Made by a program: the position numbers and the translations under genes. A model generated the notes under the pieces. It was not told the DNA's origin and did not search any database. It was given only the letters and a program-made list of their open reading frames with translations. Shown here in pieces: positions 1-12,923 of a DNA stretch of 64,000 bases. Source of the stretch: Paramecium tetraurelia (Eukaryota); NCBI GenBank assembly GCA_000165425.1, contig CT868263.1:248001-312000 (forward strand). The letters run 5' to 3'. Position 1 is the stretch's first letter, and each line of letters starts with the position of its first letter.

Positions 1-642
1 TGATTTGTTCGCCTCTGTCTTGGAATTCAAGCAATTTTTCATTCAATTTCAAGGCACTTTCAGTCATGACCTTTTCTAGGATTTCAAAAGTTGTATCGGC
101 AGTAAGAAAGGCTGGGATATCAGTTTTAGGATCTGGAGATTAGCCTGAAAAGGATCTATCAAAGGATTCCTTCATTTGCTTTTATAACTCTTTGACACTA
201 GGGTCATCGCGATAGATATGTTGGCAATAGTGCTCGAATTACTACTTGGTAATTCTGAATTGGGTATAGACCATCTCTTCGACTTATTCTATTTCTCCTC
301 TAAACATAGCTAAATTAGACATTGAAGTCTTACGTTGTTCTAAGAGCATCATCTTAATGTCTTCAGGTCTGGCTCTGCCCATGGATTGTTGTTTGATGTT
401 AACGGCGACAGCTGCAAAATTTTGAAACACACTGAACAGCTCCTTCTTCAATTCCTTCAAGACTTTGATGATGACTTCCCTATCAATGACTTGAGGATCA
501 ATAGTTGAGTTTCTATTTGATATTTAAAGCTGAGATACGTATCGGGTTTCTTCAGAAATTTTAGAAGTAGAACACTGGCTCCAGTCAAGACCGCTGCTCC
601 TGTGAGTAATGTGAATATATTTCTGTTCTATACTAGACTCAT
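1..642 (-). CDS. Hypothetical protein with N-terminal membrane anchor (3' end runs off the window)
   Basis: Code-6 frame MSLVQNRNIFTLLTGAAVLTGASVLLLKFLKKP... stays open after removing two tiny GT..AG introns (26 and 24 nt); hydrophobic N-terminal segment followed by a helical soluble region. Confidence 0.75.
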
Positions 643-789
643 TTCACCACAAATTTAATAATTAATTATTTTATTAAAATAAAGATGTAGCCAGTTGAAT
701 TTGAGGAAATGCCCAAGACATTCAAATAGAACAATAGAAGAGATGAATAATAATATAAATGGATGAATATTAATATTAATAATAATGAA

Positions 790-2163
790 TCATTCCATTT
801 TTAATTCTGGAATATATTCATCAGGATTGATAGGCAATGGAACTGATCTCTTGTATCCCTTGAGTAACTCTTTGAGTTTATCAATACGTTGGGCCAGATC
901 TTCCACAATGTCTCTGGGCGAAAGATCTTCTTGTTTCAGTAGATGATGCAATTTGACTATCAAGAAGCCTCCACAAGGGGAAGTGAGACAGTCATGCAAT
1001 CTATCCATGATATCCACATCTTTTTGGGCCTATTCGTAGATGGCATCAACTATTCCATTGATAAGATTGGTGGCATAAATGTCATCCACTCTTTCATCAT
1101 CGAAATATCGTTTAGCCTTCAACCTATCCAAATACTTAAGTGTCTAATTAGGAACCACGTCATTCATGTAAAATGACTCCATAAACTCTTTAGTTGAAGG
1201 TTGGGTATACAAGGCTTCAATGGTTTTTTCAGTTGTATACAATCGTAATTTAATTTTGTTCGGGAAATTCCTTCGTTCAGGTCTGTCAATTTTAATGGAG
1301 TAGATGATTTCTGGCATAGCAATCCTGTTCACATAGATGAAATAAGCTGGTATTTTAGAACGTTGTTTCCAGAAGTTGATTTCCAAACTGTATTTGTATT
1401 CTCTGTTCTGTTTTCTCTTTTTTCGTTGATGGATATGTTCTGATTTGACTTTGTATAGATCATTCTTCTATTACTCAAATATTTCTGGGTCTCTCATGCA
1501 ATCCATCAATTTAATAAGTATTTAGTATGTTTCCTTTATGACATCATTACAAACTACTTTCTTCCTCTCTTTCTCATCCAGCAATAATCTCAATTGCTCT
1601 ATGAATTCAATCACACAGGGATCTTGCAGTATCACTTGGACTCTCTCTTTCATAAAAGCTATGTATTCTAGTGTCATTTCCAGCACTGCCTAAATTACTT
1701 TGGGTTGAGATAGCATCTACAACCACTATCGTTCTACTAATTATTAGAGTATTTCCTCCAAAATAAAATCAAAAGTCTATTAACTTGTATTTTGATCAAG
1801 TTAATATTGGTAATTGATATCGATACCCAAATTCATTAAGACTTCCTCACTCACCAATTAACAATAGAACTTTTTGTTCGGTGTTATAGTTAGGTCAACC
1901 ACTTCATGGGTGGATCTGGATTTCCTACTGATATTCAAAGCATAAATCAATTCTGGCAAAGGAGTCTTCTGTTATAGATAGAATGTCAATAGTTGTCTGC
2001 ATCCTTATTTGAAATCAGTGGCTGCTCCTATTTGTTTCTGTTTCTACTTGTGCTTGTGCAATTGGTAGGTTGAAATCTCAAGAAATGAGTTCCGGAATTT
2101 CCCCAAAAAGGTTCCATCATCCTTATCACTATAGTCATCATTCTCCAATGATTCAATATACAT
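790..2163 (-). CDS. Hypothetical protein, 457 aa, intronless
   Basis: Continuous code-6 frame from ATG 2163 (MYIESLENDDYSD...) to TGA at 790; joins ORF-track fragments 1144..1386 and 790..1017; no family recognised. Confidence 0.8.
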
Positions 2164-2233
2164 TATTTATATCAATCCAAAATCTACATCCCAATTTTTA
2201 GGTTTGACTATAATAATCCTTCTAATTATTTTG

Positions 2234-4541
2234 ATGAATAATATGAATTAAAAAATTAGTATGGAGTAATTTTGCTCTAAACTCACTCGTATTAATCGAT
2301 TACCCAATCTTACTAACCACCGCTGTTTAAAGTACACAGAGAGTATTAACTTAGTCTCTCTCAAGAATTAAGCACATCAAAATCAAAGAAGCGTTTGAAC
2401 TAACAAAAACTGGTAATTCATTTCCCTATTCCAATCCAAGCAAGCTCTCTCCAATTAGAAAGATGACTCACACAATTATTACCATCATACTACCATTTAT
2501 AATCTCAAATAAAACAATGACACTTTCAAAGTCTCTAAGTACACTTATCATTATCCATCCATAGTAATCCAGAATTGAGTTCCTCCAAATATAATTAAAC
2601 CTTAACTAAACTAATGGTCTCTGATTTCAAAAAGAAAGTTGATGCTTTCCTCAAAAAAAATAATTACAAATCCAATTTGATTAGCAGTAAAATAACCACT
2701 TCATCAAAGGAATTACTCTAATAAATAAAATATGAAGAAGCATTGCAGAAATCCTTATGTTCTAACAAATACACAGTTTAGACTGAAAGTATGCCTATCA
2801 ATTTATCCATTATAGAAAAATCCATGAAAACTATAGAGATATGTATACTAGGAAACAATAAAGTTGTTACTAAATAAGTAATATCAAGTGAACTCTTATA
2901 ACAGAGATTATTAAAATAAAAGGAAACCTTCTTAAAAGATGATAGATTCAATTATGATCTTAAGTACTTATTATATCTTATTAAGAATGACAACAATGAT
3001 GGAATAGTATGCAGAAATTGTTAATAGAATCCAAGAAAACACATTTACTATTAAAATACCAGATAATTATATCATTTAAATGAGCGATTACAATGAATAT
3101 TATTAAATTAAAGAAGATTCAATGAATAACTTTCTTGAGAACAATTTATAAATCATAGCTGATCAAATTATTCATGAGATCTAATAATCTAAAATTACAA
3201 CTCCTAAAATCTTAAGCAATTCAACTAGTTAATTAGTTGAGCAAAATGTATCATATCCCATTTACTAAATTGAACATAAGATTAATACTGAACCCAGTAA
3301 TGTTAATGAATCAGAAATATTAAAAACTGAATCAGATCATCAGGAGTAAATTATCCCTGATAAGAAAACAACTAATAAAAAAAATAAATAAAAATAAAAA
3401 AATTAATAAAATTAATCAGAATAATCTCGTCTACCAGAAACCTTTGATTCCGCTGTCATTATTACAGACAATGATAATATTCGAAGAAGAAATAAAGAGA
3501 TACCCAAAATTGAATAACAGGAAGATCTTGAACTTCTTCAACAAAAAGAACTAGAACTAGAAAAAGAAAGGAAATAATTAATTATTAAAAAGCTCAGAGA
3601 ATTCAACTCAAAATTCAAACCAAGTAAATATTTGAGAAAATAATCTGAAAATGCAATTTTATTAATTGAAGACCCAACTCTACTTGCAGAATCAAAAGAG
3701 AAAATACTTAAAAAATCTAGCCTTAGACTTTTGGATAATATTGCTACGTTGGAGGAAATTAATGAAATTATTAGAATTAAAAAGTAAGAGTTGTCTGAAT
3801 TGCTTAGATAATAAGAATAGAATATTCAAGATCAATTTTAGAATATGAATGAATAATAAAGGCCTTTGCATTTAATTGTAAATGGTAAACCTTTTAGTGA
3901 ATTAAGAGAGGCTGAATAATGGGATTCTAAAAAGAATTCTCCAAGATCCTTCAGAAAGTAAAGGTAGTAGAATATACCCAGTCCAATGGTTTAAGAGTAA
4001 AACTCATGGGGATTTATATAAGAAACAAACTTAGATTAGTAGCAGAACAATAGAAACAATGAGTTAGAGAATTAAATTGATTCCATCAGAAATTTGTAGG
4101 AAAATGATAATATTGATAACAATATCAATTATCAATTGACTGATAATGAAAATGTAATCAGCTTTGAAGAAAGGATGAAATAAGAATGCCAAGATATTTT
4201 TGATATTTTATTGGCCACAGATTCAGTGTATGATCTAAGAATTGATGACTATTAAATTGGAAGACCCTATTCATATAAAGTTAATCATTCTAATTTAATT
4301 TTACTTCAGGAATAGGAAGAGAAAGTCTTTATTCACCAGTAATAATAATTATAAATTTAGGGTTTTATGGAGGAGAGAATTACAAGAAGTGATACCGAAA
4401 CTTAATTCTGTTAATAGAGAAATGTCAGTCGAGATCGATTCAGAAGATGAGTATAATTTAGATAGTAAACAGATGAATGGAGAAGAAGAGGGTGTAGATC
4501 ATGGTCATGATGTATAGGAATAGGAAGATTCATAAATGTGA
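2234..4541 (+). CDS. Hypothetical low-complexity/coiled-coil protein
   Basis: Code-6 frame maintained through several 22-28 nt introns; Q/K/E/N-rich with acidic tail; start uncertain (in-frame ATGs at 2234, 2243, 2261). Confidence 0.7.
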
Positions 4542-4697
4542 CAACTGTTTCCTTATAATACACTAAATATATTTACTTATAATTGTTTATAAATAGATAC
4601 TTAAAAATATATGGAATTTTTCAATTATATTTACTGATCTATTTTAAATTATGGATTAATTGTTTAATCAAAAATTGATCTTAATACAATATACTAA

Positions 4698-5183
4698 TCA
4701 ATCACTATTACAAAGTTTGAACTTCTTCTTGCCAACACATTATCCGCAGTTTGGACAGTAATGGACTCTATCTTTTGTGCTCTTTAATACAAAAGGCAGA
4801 AACACAAGAGGCAAGAAGAATATAAATATGAAAAATGCAACAATCCAAGTTTAAGGGCCTGATCTATATTGCATAAGAGTAGTTCCAGCTTTCTTGCAAT
4901 ATTTACACTAAATTTGAATTGGGATTATTGATCCTTGAGCATCAAATGGAAGATTAGTTCCATTAGAATCTGTGTTGTACATAGGAGTGACAAGAAAACC
5001 TGTTGGAATTGGTATTCCTAAGGATTTATAGAATGTATTACCACTCTGAATAAATTGATTCTGCGTTGGTATTCCTATGAATACCTTTTCTGTGTTTTCC
5101 TCATATCTCACATCAGCCAAATGTGGATAGTTTATTTTCTGTATTTCAGATTCATTTAGTTAAGAATGAGTTGATTGAGACAT
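4698..5183 (-). CDS. LITAF-like zinc-ribbon domain protein
   Basis: PIQIQCKYCKK...hydrophobic stretch...KDRVHYCPNCGQCVG: CxxC - hydrophobic - HxCxxC LITAF signature; possible in-frame 24-nt intron. Confidence 0.9.
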
Positions 5184-5307
5184 AATAAATAATGATTTAG
5201 TTTTGCAATAAAATATTCCACATATTTATAGTAGTATTACAAAATTCAAATTGTTTCTAAATTTCTTGAAATATATAATACTATAATGTTAGAATTAATA
5301 AATTATT

Positions 5308-6781
5308 ATGAATTTCACTTTCTATATTTTTTTTATAGTTTTTTATTTCCAAATAATGCTTTCTTGTAAGATTCTGTAATTAATAAAGGCGATGAGGAGT
5401 ACTTTAAAGAGGATTCGATTTGTAAAGTAGAAGGTAATTTTACTTGTATGGGATGTTTGCATTACTCATTTAATGAAGGGATCAATCTACCATATTGGTT
5501 AGCTAGTATGTAGTTAATTTAATGGATAGTTCACTTGTTATAAATTGGCGTAGTGGCATTATCTTCCTTAGTAGGATTAGGAGCAGAAATCCAAAAAACT
5601 TCTATATTGATGGCCTTATTACATTACAACGAATATGAAGCAACTAATATTACATAGTACCCATTTCAGATTTATTAGTTATATTTCTATTGTTTCGAGT
5701 TTTATTTATCTGTTATTTCTCTACTGCAATAATGAAGTCGACCTTATTGATGTGCATGCTGCTTAACTATTTTTTCCATTTATAGTAATTTTTACCGACA
5801 TTGGAAATTATTTTAACCGAGCCTTCTATGATCAAATAATAGTGTTAATAACGATTGGCTTAGAATATATTTGGATTATATTATTAACATTAAAATATGA
5901 TAGATCAAGAAGTCACGAAATTGAATCAAAGAAGAAGGAGATTACTTTGGATGAAAACTTAATTAATAACCCCAAGAGAACTTTATCTTATCTGAGCCTC
6001 ATTCAGTAAACTACCAATGAAAAAAGTTCAAAATGTGCCCTTATGGAGATTGTATTTTTATAATTATTCTTGCAACTACTTCTACTAGTCGCACGAGGAG
6101 GTAATCACCTACAAATATTTGAATTCGAATACAGTGGTCCAATGTATTGGATAATAACCATCGTTATTTATGCTTTAGGAACATTAATTCTATGTTATCT
6201 TTACAATAAATAAGCGAATGATTATCAGCAACAGATGCATAATGATCCAAATTTTTATTAGATTAGGCCTTTGAATTAGAGTCTATTAATGATTTCAATT
6301 GCATTGATTTCGTTTTTCTTTAGTGGAACTGCTGGAGTTGGGGCTGGGTTAATTTTAATACCCTGTTGCATTCTGATCTAAAGATTTCGAATGGGAATCT
6401 TAAAGGCTATCAGAACTATGATTTTTGTGCAATTTTTGATTGATCTATGTGTGATAGGACAAACTTTGGAAAGTAATCAGATTTAAGATATGCATAGATT
6501 ATAATTCTGTGTAAATTAAAGACCAAATATTTTACATGGTAATTGGATTTGTATCTTCCCTTATTACTGTTGTTTTACACATTAAATTTATGAAAGAATA
6601 ACGCTAGCTTATATTAATTATCTTTATTATTGGGCTATTTGCTTTTGATTTTACTTTGGGAATCTATTAAGCCTACACATTTAGGAGTCCGATTAAGGGA
6701 AGTCCTTATTTCTCAATTTCTATTGATGATTGTTCTGAGAATTGTGAATTTAAATAATTTACCTAAAGTCTTTAAATTTGA
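5308..6781 (+). CDS. TauE/SafE (sulfite exporter)-like multipass membrane protein, divergent
   Basis: Signal peptide, short Cys-rich segment, then two TM halves with SSLVGLGA, LIDVHAAQLFFP and SGTAGVGAGLILIP resembling eukaryotic TauE motifs; four tiny introns. Confidence 0.6.
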
Positions 6782-7000
6782 ATAATATTCATTTTTTCTG
6801 CGTATTTATAAAATCAGTATTCAATACTAGTTTATTCATCTTTAATATATTCCTTAATAATTCAAAGCTATGAATATTACTTGGAACCCACATTTAATAT
6901 TATTATATATATAAAAAAGTAAAAATAATTAAGGACAATTCTCCTGTTTTTATTTGAAAATATACTAGTCAACGACAAAAATAATAATCCAAAAATAATC

Positions 7001-8647
7001 ATGAATATATAAACCCAAAGTGAAATCGAATTGAAACTTTCAGCCTTTGAGAAATTAGGAGACAATCCAACAGAAGTAGATATTAAATATGTGAGCTATT
7101 TATTCAAAATCCCATTACAAACTATACGTCAATGGCTAGAAGAAAGAGCTGGAGAAGATTTTTAAATTGATCTATCACCAGCTGATGACAAAGAATGTTC
7201 AATCATAGGCATGAAAAAGAAAAATATAATAAATTCATAAAGTTAGGTTAAGGAAGAAGAAGCTTAACAGAAATAAATAAAAAATTAATCCATAAAATCA
7301 TAAACAGAAGTTAAATAAAATCAGGATGCAAAAAAAAAGAAACAAATTGATAAAATCAAATAGAGCGATCCAAATAAAAAGGCTTAAAAGACTTTTAAAA
7401 AATAGGCAAAACTGGCCGCTATATAAGCTTAATACTCCACATTTGAAGACTGCAAAACTCAAGATAAAAATGTTATCAATAATTAAAACTTAAAATTGCC
7501 TTTGTCGATATAAACTCAAAAATTAGTATAATAAATTGATATTTCAAATAAAATTAATAACATTGTATAAAATATAGATAACCGTAATCAACTCCAATAA
7601 TAACAAAGTTATTTAATAAGAAAAGAAGCGAAACAAAATAAATTATTAAGTTAAAAAAAGAAACTAATTCGTTTGGAAAAAGAAAAACACTAAAAAGATA
7701 TGAATGCCTAATTTAATTAGTAAAATTCTCAAAGTAAAGGATAGTAAAAGTAATGCATAATTATTATTGATGATGAGATAAATTAGAAAAGCTAATTATC
7801 AACTAATCCAAACAAGGAAATAATTTATTATAATTATTATTCAACCTAAACATAATACAAATAACATATTAATGAGAAGCTTTAACTTTTATAGGATTTA
7901 TCTTATTTTTAAGATAAAAAAATAAAAAAACCCATAATGTAAGCTTTATAAGAAATCCAACTTGGATAGTATAAGTAATCAGAATACAATATTGCAAAAC
8001 AAAATGATTAGAGATAAAATAAAATGATAACAAATCAATAAAAAAATCATTAATAATCATAAGCTTATCCACTTATAAATTAAACATAAATATAGAAGTT
8101 TTCAGTGTAAAATAATGAATAGATCCCTAAATCAAAGCAATAAAATGAAAAGAATCCATTAAATACTGAACCTTAAAATTTGAATTAACAATCTCTGAAG
8201 TCAAATTCAAATGTAAGCTAAGAATCACAGAAATTAACACAATTGCCTCCTTAATAACTATCAAATCATATATCTTTAGATTTTAATTCTCAATCAATAA
8301 CTGCTTAACCAAATTTAATTAATTCGACAAATAAATCTTCGCCAAACTAAACTACACCATCTTAAGTTTAAATTTAAGAATCTTTGTAGCAGTAATAAAC
8401 TTATATTGGTTCTGAGTTGAATCTTATACAAGCTTAAATTAATCAGACAATACAAGGACCTATTTTATAAAACAATACGGATAAGAAATTATAATTGCCT
8501 AATTATTTATCAGAATTGATTCAAATGTTCAATAAAAATTCTTAAGCTTTAGGATAAGCAGTTGAATAGATTACAGCAGTAAGTAATTAACAAATGGTTT
8601 TGATGGAGAAACTTGATATAATTTACGAGTATGTTAATATAAAGTGA
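7001..8647 (+). CDS. Q/N/K-rich protein with N-terminal homeodomain-like segment
   Basis: ATG 7001 and TGA 8645-8647 are in frame (549 codons); N-terminus TQSEIELKLSAFEKLGDNPTEVDIKYVSYLFKIPLQTIRQWLEER; long Gln-rich low-complexity body. Confidence 0.75.
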
Positions 8648-9116
8648 TAGATTTTATTTTTATATTAATTTATATATACAAAATTAAATAAAAATATTAG
8701 AAATTTTTTATCCTTATGATCCAATTTCAGATGCATGCAACATAATGAGTTAGGTTAATTGGATGCTTATTGATTCAATATATTTTCATTATATTTGAAT
8801 AGATCAAAATTCATATGGTAATTATAAAAACATTAATTCTATGATATCAATGAAAACTTTTTATGTTTTTTTCAATTTTTATATATTATCCAAACCTCAT
8901 GATCATTCTGAGCCACTCTAGAAATACTTCGATATGTTGCTCAAGAAGCAGAAACCATTTATCTTTTGTTTTAAAATTAAAGAATAACTTAAATTAAATT
9001 AGAATAACATTAAAGATTGGATGTTAAGTTTATTTGAATTGAATGAAATTTGAATGAGAAGCAATTGATGGAAAAGTGCTTTTAATTTTAATTTAATTAT
9101 ATATTTATATAATAAA

Positions 9117-10606
9117 ATGAAAGGTAGAACTGGAGGATTAACAGCTAAAATGAGCAATGTAATTCTAATGAGTGTTATTTTGATTAGTAAAACTAAAATA
9201 GAAGATAATAGGAGAATGATCAATTGGTTAGGAAAGCTGATTAAAACAAAATATCACTTGCTGAAATTTTTATGGCAAATTCTTAATAATTGGGAGGATT
9301 GGAAGATGGAAAAGTATAATGTGGGAATATTTGATAGGTGACAAAAATGTATTTTCACAAATTTCTATTCATGGAATAGGTTTGTTTTGCATTCAATTTA
9401 ATGGGATTGGGAATTAGTGTTATATAATACGATTTAGAATACGAAGAAATTACTGATGATGATCCCATGAAAGATGTAATATTAAAGATAATTTTAGATA
9501 TCCTTATGGCTATTATGGTTAGTATTTGTATCATCTTGTCTATTGATTTTTTTAACTGTTTATCGTTATTAAGCTCATATTGAGTGGATGAAATCAAGAA
9601 AATCGATGGCTCCAAGTGATTAAATTTGGCATACTGATGATTGGCTGCCCATGCTCATAGAATTGGCAGTATATTGTATTATTCCTCTTCCATTCACTAA
9701 AGGAATCAGAGTTAACTTTTACAATTCAATTTAAGGGAGTGAAGCCTACTATCATGTGAATGAGATCTTAGCCTTGATTATGATTTGCAGAGTCATCTAC
9801 CTATATAGAACTTTGTTAACCCTTACTTTCTGGTATAACAACAGAACCCAAAGAGTTTGTAATTTATATGCTTGTGAATCCAATTACATGTTTGTTGCAA
9901 AATCCTTACTAAGAACAATGCCATACACTGCCTTATTTATAGCTTTGATATCTTTAATCTGTATTTTTGGATACGCGGTAAGGATTTGCGAAAGACCACT
10001 CTCAAGAAATGATCCCTCAAGCAACAACCTAGGATTGTTTGAAAATGCTCTATGGAATATCATTATTACTATAACCACAGTAGGTTATGGTGACTTCTAC
10101 ACTAGAACTGACTTAGGCAGATTTGTCATCTTTATTGTGTGTGTTCTTGGAATCTTCGTAGTTTCAGTTATGGTTGTCACTTTAATTGAATCCTTAAAGG
10201 TCACTTCACTTGAAGGTCATGCAATCACTGTTTTAGAGAGAGTTGCTTTGAGAGAAAAACTTAAGCATGAAGCTGCCTTAGTTATTATACTTACAGCCAA
10301 AGCTGCTCTTGGTTATAAGTAATAAAATTCAAATATATTTTTAGAAATGGGACTTTGACTCGAAAATAACACCATCAATTAATAGTTAGATTAAAACAGA
10401 CTTTGATTAATTTTAAAATGACACACAGATAGCATAAAACTAAATAGGATGAGAATAGTTTGAATGAAGAAATCACTAATTAATTCAGTCTCTTGAAAAA
10501 TGACTTCAAACAATTAATGGAAAGGTAATAAGTCTTGATTTCAACTAATAATCTTATCTATTAGAAACTAGGATTTGAAAATAACAAATCAGTTGTCAAT
10601 ATTTGA
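9117..10606 (+). CDS. Small-conductance Ca2+-activated (SK-like) K+ channel
   Basis: ALWNIIITITTVGYGDFY selectivity filter, YAVRICER S5 motif, KLKHEAALVI resembling the SK calmodulin-binding region; four tiny introns. Confidence 0.92.
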
Positions 10607-10665
10607 CACTTTATACATATGAATTTAGCAATTTAATGTATGATAATTTTATTTGTATTTCATGA

Positions 10666-10910
10666 TCAATGGATATTTTTCTTAGCCTTTCTCTTAGCCA
10701 ATCTTGTTTCAACACTCTTATTCTTTTTGATGGATGGGTCATTCTTTATAGCAAATCTTCTATTTTTTGCGAATCTTTAATTACACTTTATTTTATAGGA
10801 TTAATTACTCCATTCAATGAGGTATATCTTTGATTTGGAAGCTTCTTAATACCATTTCTGTGATGCTTACGGGCATTATGATGACTTGTTGCATTCTTAG
10901 ACTTGGCCAT
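10666..10910 (-). CDS. RPL29: 60S ribosomal protein eL29
   Basis: [23 protein letters not shown]...[19 protein letters not shown]; one 23-nt intron. Confidence 0.97.
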
Positions 10911-10945
10911 TGATGAATAATTATTTAAAATATTTATTTAGATTT

Positions 10946-12528
10946 TCAATATTTTTAAATTCCTTAATTTTTTATACAAACCTATTACTCCATCTACAAA
11001 GCATCCTTTTATAATGCTTCTTTCTCTATAATACTTCTCTCCAACTCCTTAAACAAACACCAGACTCTCTGCTGTTCGAAGTCCTGAACCTCATTCTTTA
11101 TTTTTATCTCCTTCTTGCCCTCCTTCTTCAATTTTGCTTTTTGCTCTTCCTTAAACTATTGTCTATTTTCTAAGAACTGTTTACTTTATTCTATTTGCTC
11201 ACTCAAATATTACTATTCATGTTGGTCTCTAATTTTCTTACTCTAAAATTAATCATAAATATTAACTTATCTTTCATCCTGCCATTCTAATTGTTTTTTT
11301 GTGGCTCCTAATTTTTTTATCTATTTTTAAATCAGTTCTAATTCTTATTTTAGTTGCTTTTCAATATTTGGATCATTACTCTAAATCTATTCAATTATTT
11401 TATTTAAATTAGGAGTCTCTGGTACTTAAGCTTCTTTTTTCTTCTAAATCTCTCTTTATCTACCAACTGGAGATTTGGATTATGAAGACTTCTGATTAAC
11501 ATTTTTGATACTCTTTATTTATGTATTGGATATATTTTTATTATTCCTTGAACTATTTAGTTATTCTAAAGGTTGAGTTTGAAAACTATTAACAGTCACT
11601 TGATCTTGAAAACTCATATATTCATTCATTAAATAATTGTTTTCCTACTATGGTTTATTTGAGTTTTATAAAGGTGATTTAGATTTATAATACTATTTTT
11701 TAGAGGTGGTTGAATAATAGGGTAATTTAGGACTCTTTGATGTTTTTTGACGATCAGCAATACCTTTTTAATAAGATCTAAAATCTTTAAATCTCCCAAA
11801 CGTTTTTAATGGAGTCGATTAATCTTTGGGAGTGAGTGGAGTAGTTTAAACTTATTCATTTTATATTTAGGTTTCTTCCTCAAACTTACCTTCTGAATCA
11901 TCGTCTACGAAATTATTTAATTTTGATAGCATATAAGACTTCAATTCTTCTGAACTCTTTTCTTGTGGAATCCTCAATTGCTACTCATACTTCTAATTGA
12001 GTTTGAGTATCTTATAGAATGAGGTATAATAGTTAATTGACAATGTCAAAATCTTTTCGAGTTTGTCTGATATCGAATTGACTTGAAATTTTAATTCTTC
12101 TTAATAATACTTTTGAGCCTCCTTAATATTTGAAATATTGATCTTCTTTTTTATCAGATTTGATTACAGATTAGACAAAATTGCATTAATTTATTCATAG
12201 CTTTTGCAGAATTGACTTGAACTAGTGACCCAATCTCGTTATCGTAAAAACAAATAGTCAGTCGTAATAGATTTATCGACACCAGCCACAAAGCATAGTA
12301 AACCACAAACACAATTATAAAGTTGCTATGTTGGTTTCAGTATGTAAAAGAGATCCTAAAGCATCATTATTTTGATTGTACTTAGATATCTTTGATTTAG
12401 ATGTTTAGAAGAGTTTTGAGCATATTGGCATGAATTTGTTCTGTTTCCTCAATAAGCTTTAAATATGATGGAACTTTCACTTAATCTAATTTAATCAGCA
12501 ATTTTGATAATTCAACGACTCCTTTCAT
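10946..12528 (-). CDS. Hypothetical coiled-coil protein
   Basis: Code-6 frame MKGVVELSKLLIKLDQ... with at least one intron; S/T/P-rich middle and Q/E/K coiled-coil C-terminus ending in TGA at 10946. Confidence 0.7.
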
Positions 12529-12923
12529 AATAAAAATTATATAAACATATAATTAATTATTCAATATTCTTGCATTGATCAAAAAATTACTAAGATAATA
12601 ATTATTTATTAAAGGATATTTAAAATGTCTAATAGATATATTTTTATATAAACAAAGCAACAAATTCAGTGAATGTTTTTTATTATAAAGGCTATGTCCT
12701 TGTGAGAAATATTGTTATAATTATTAGTTCATTAAAACAATGTAATTTGAAATTGGAATTTTATATTGATAGCAACATAAATAAAAAAGGAAGTTTATTT
12801 TATTTTTTAAAGGTCTCTTCTATATTTTATTAACCTGTAAGGGAGATAGGAAGTGTTTTAGTATGAAATGGTGGAATATAAATTGTATATATTAGAACTG
12901 TAATATTATTATTAAATTAAAAA

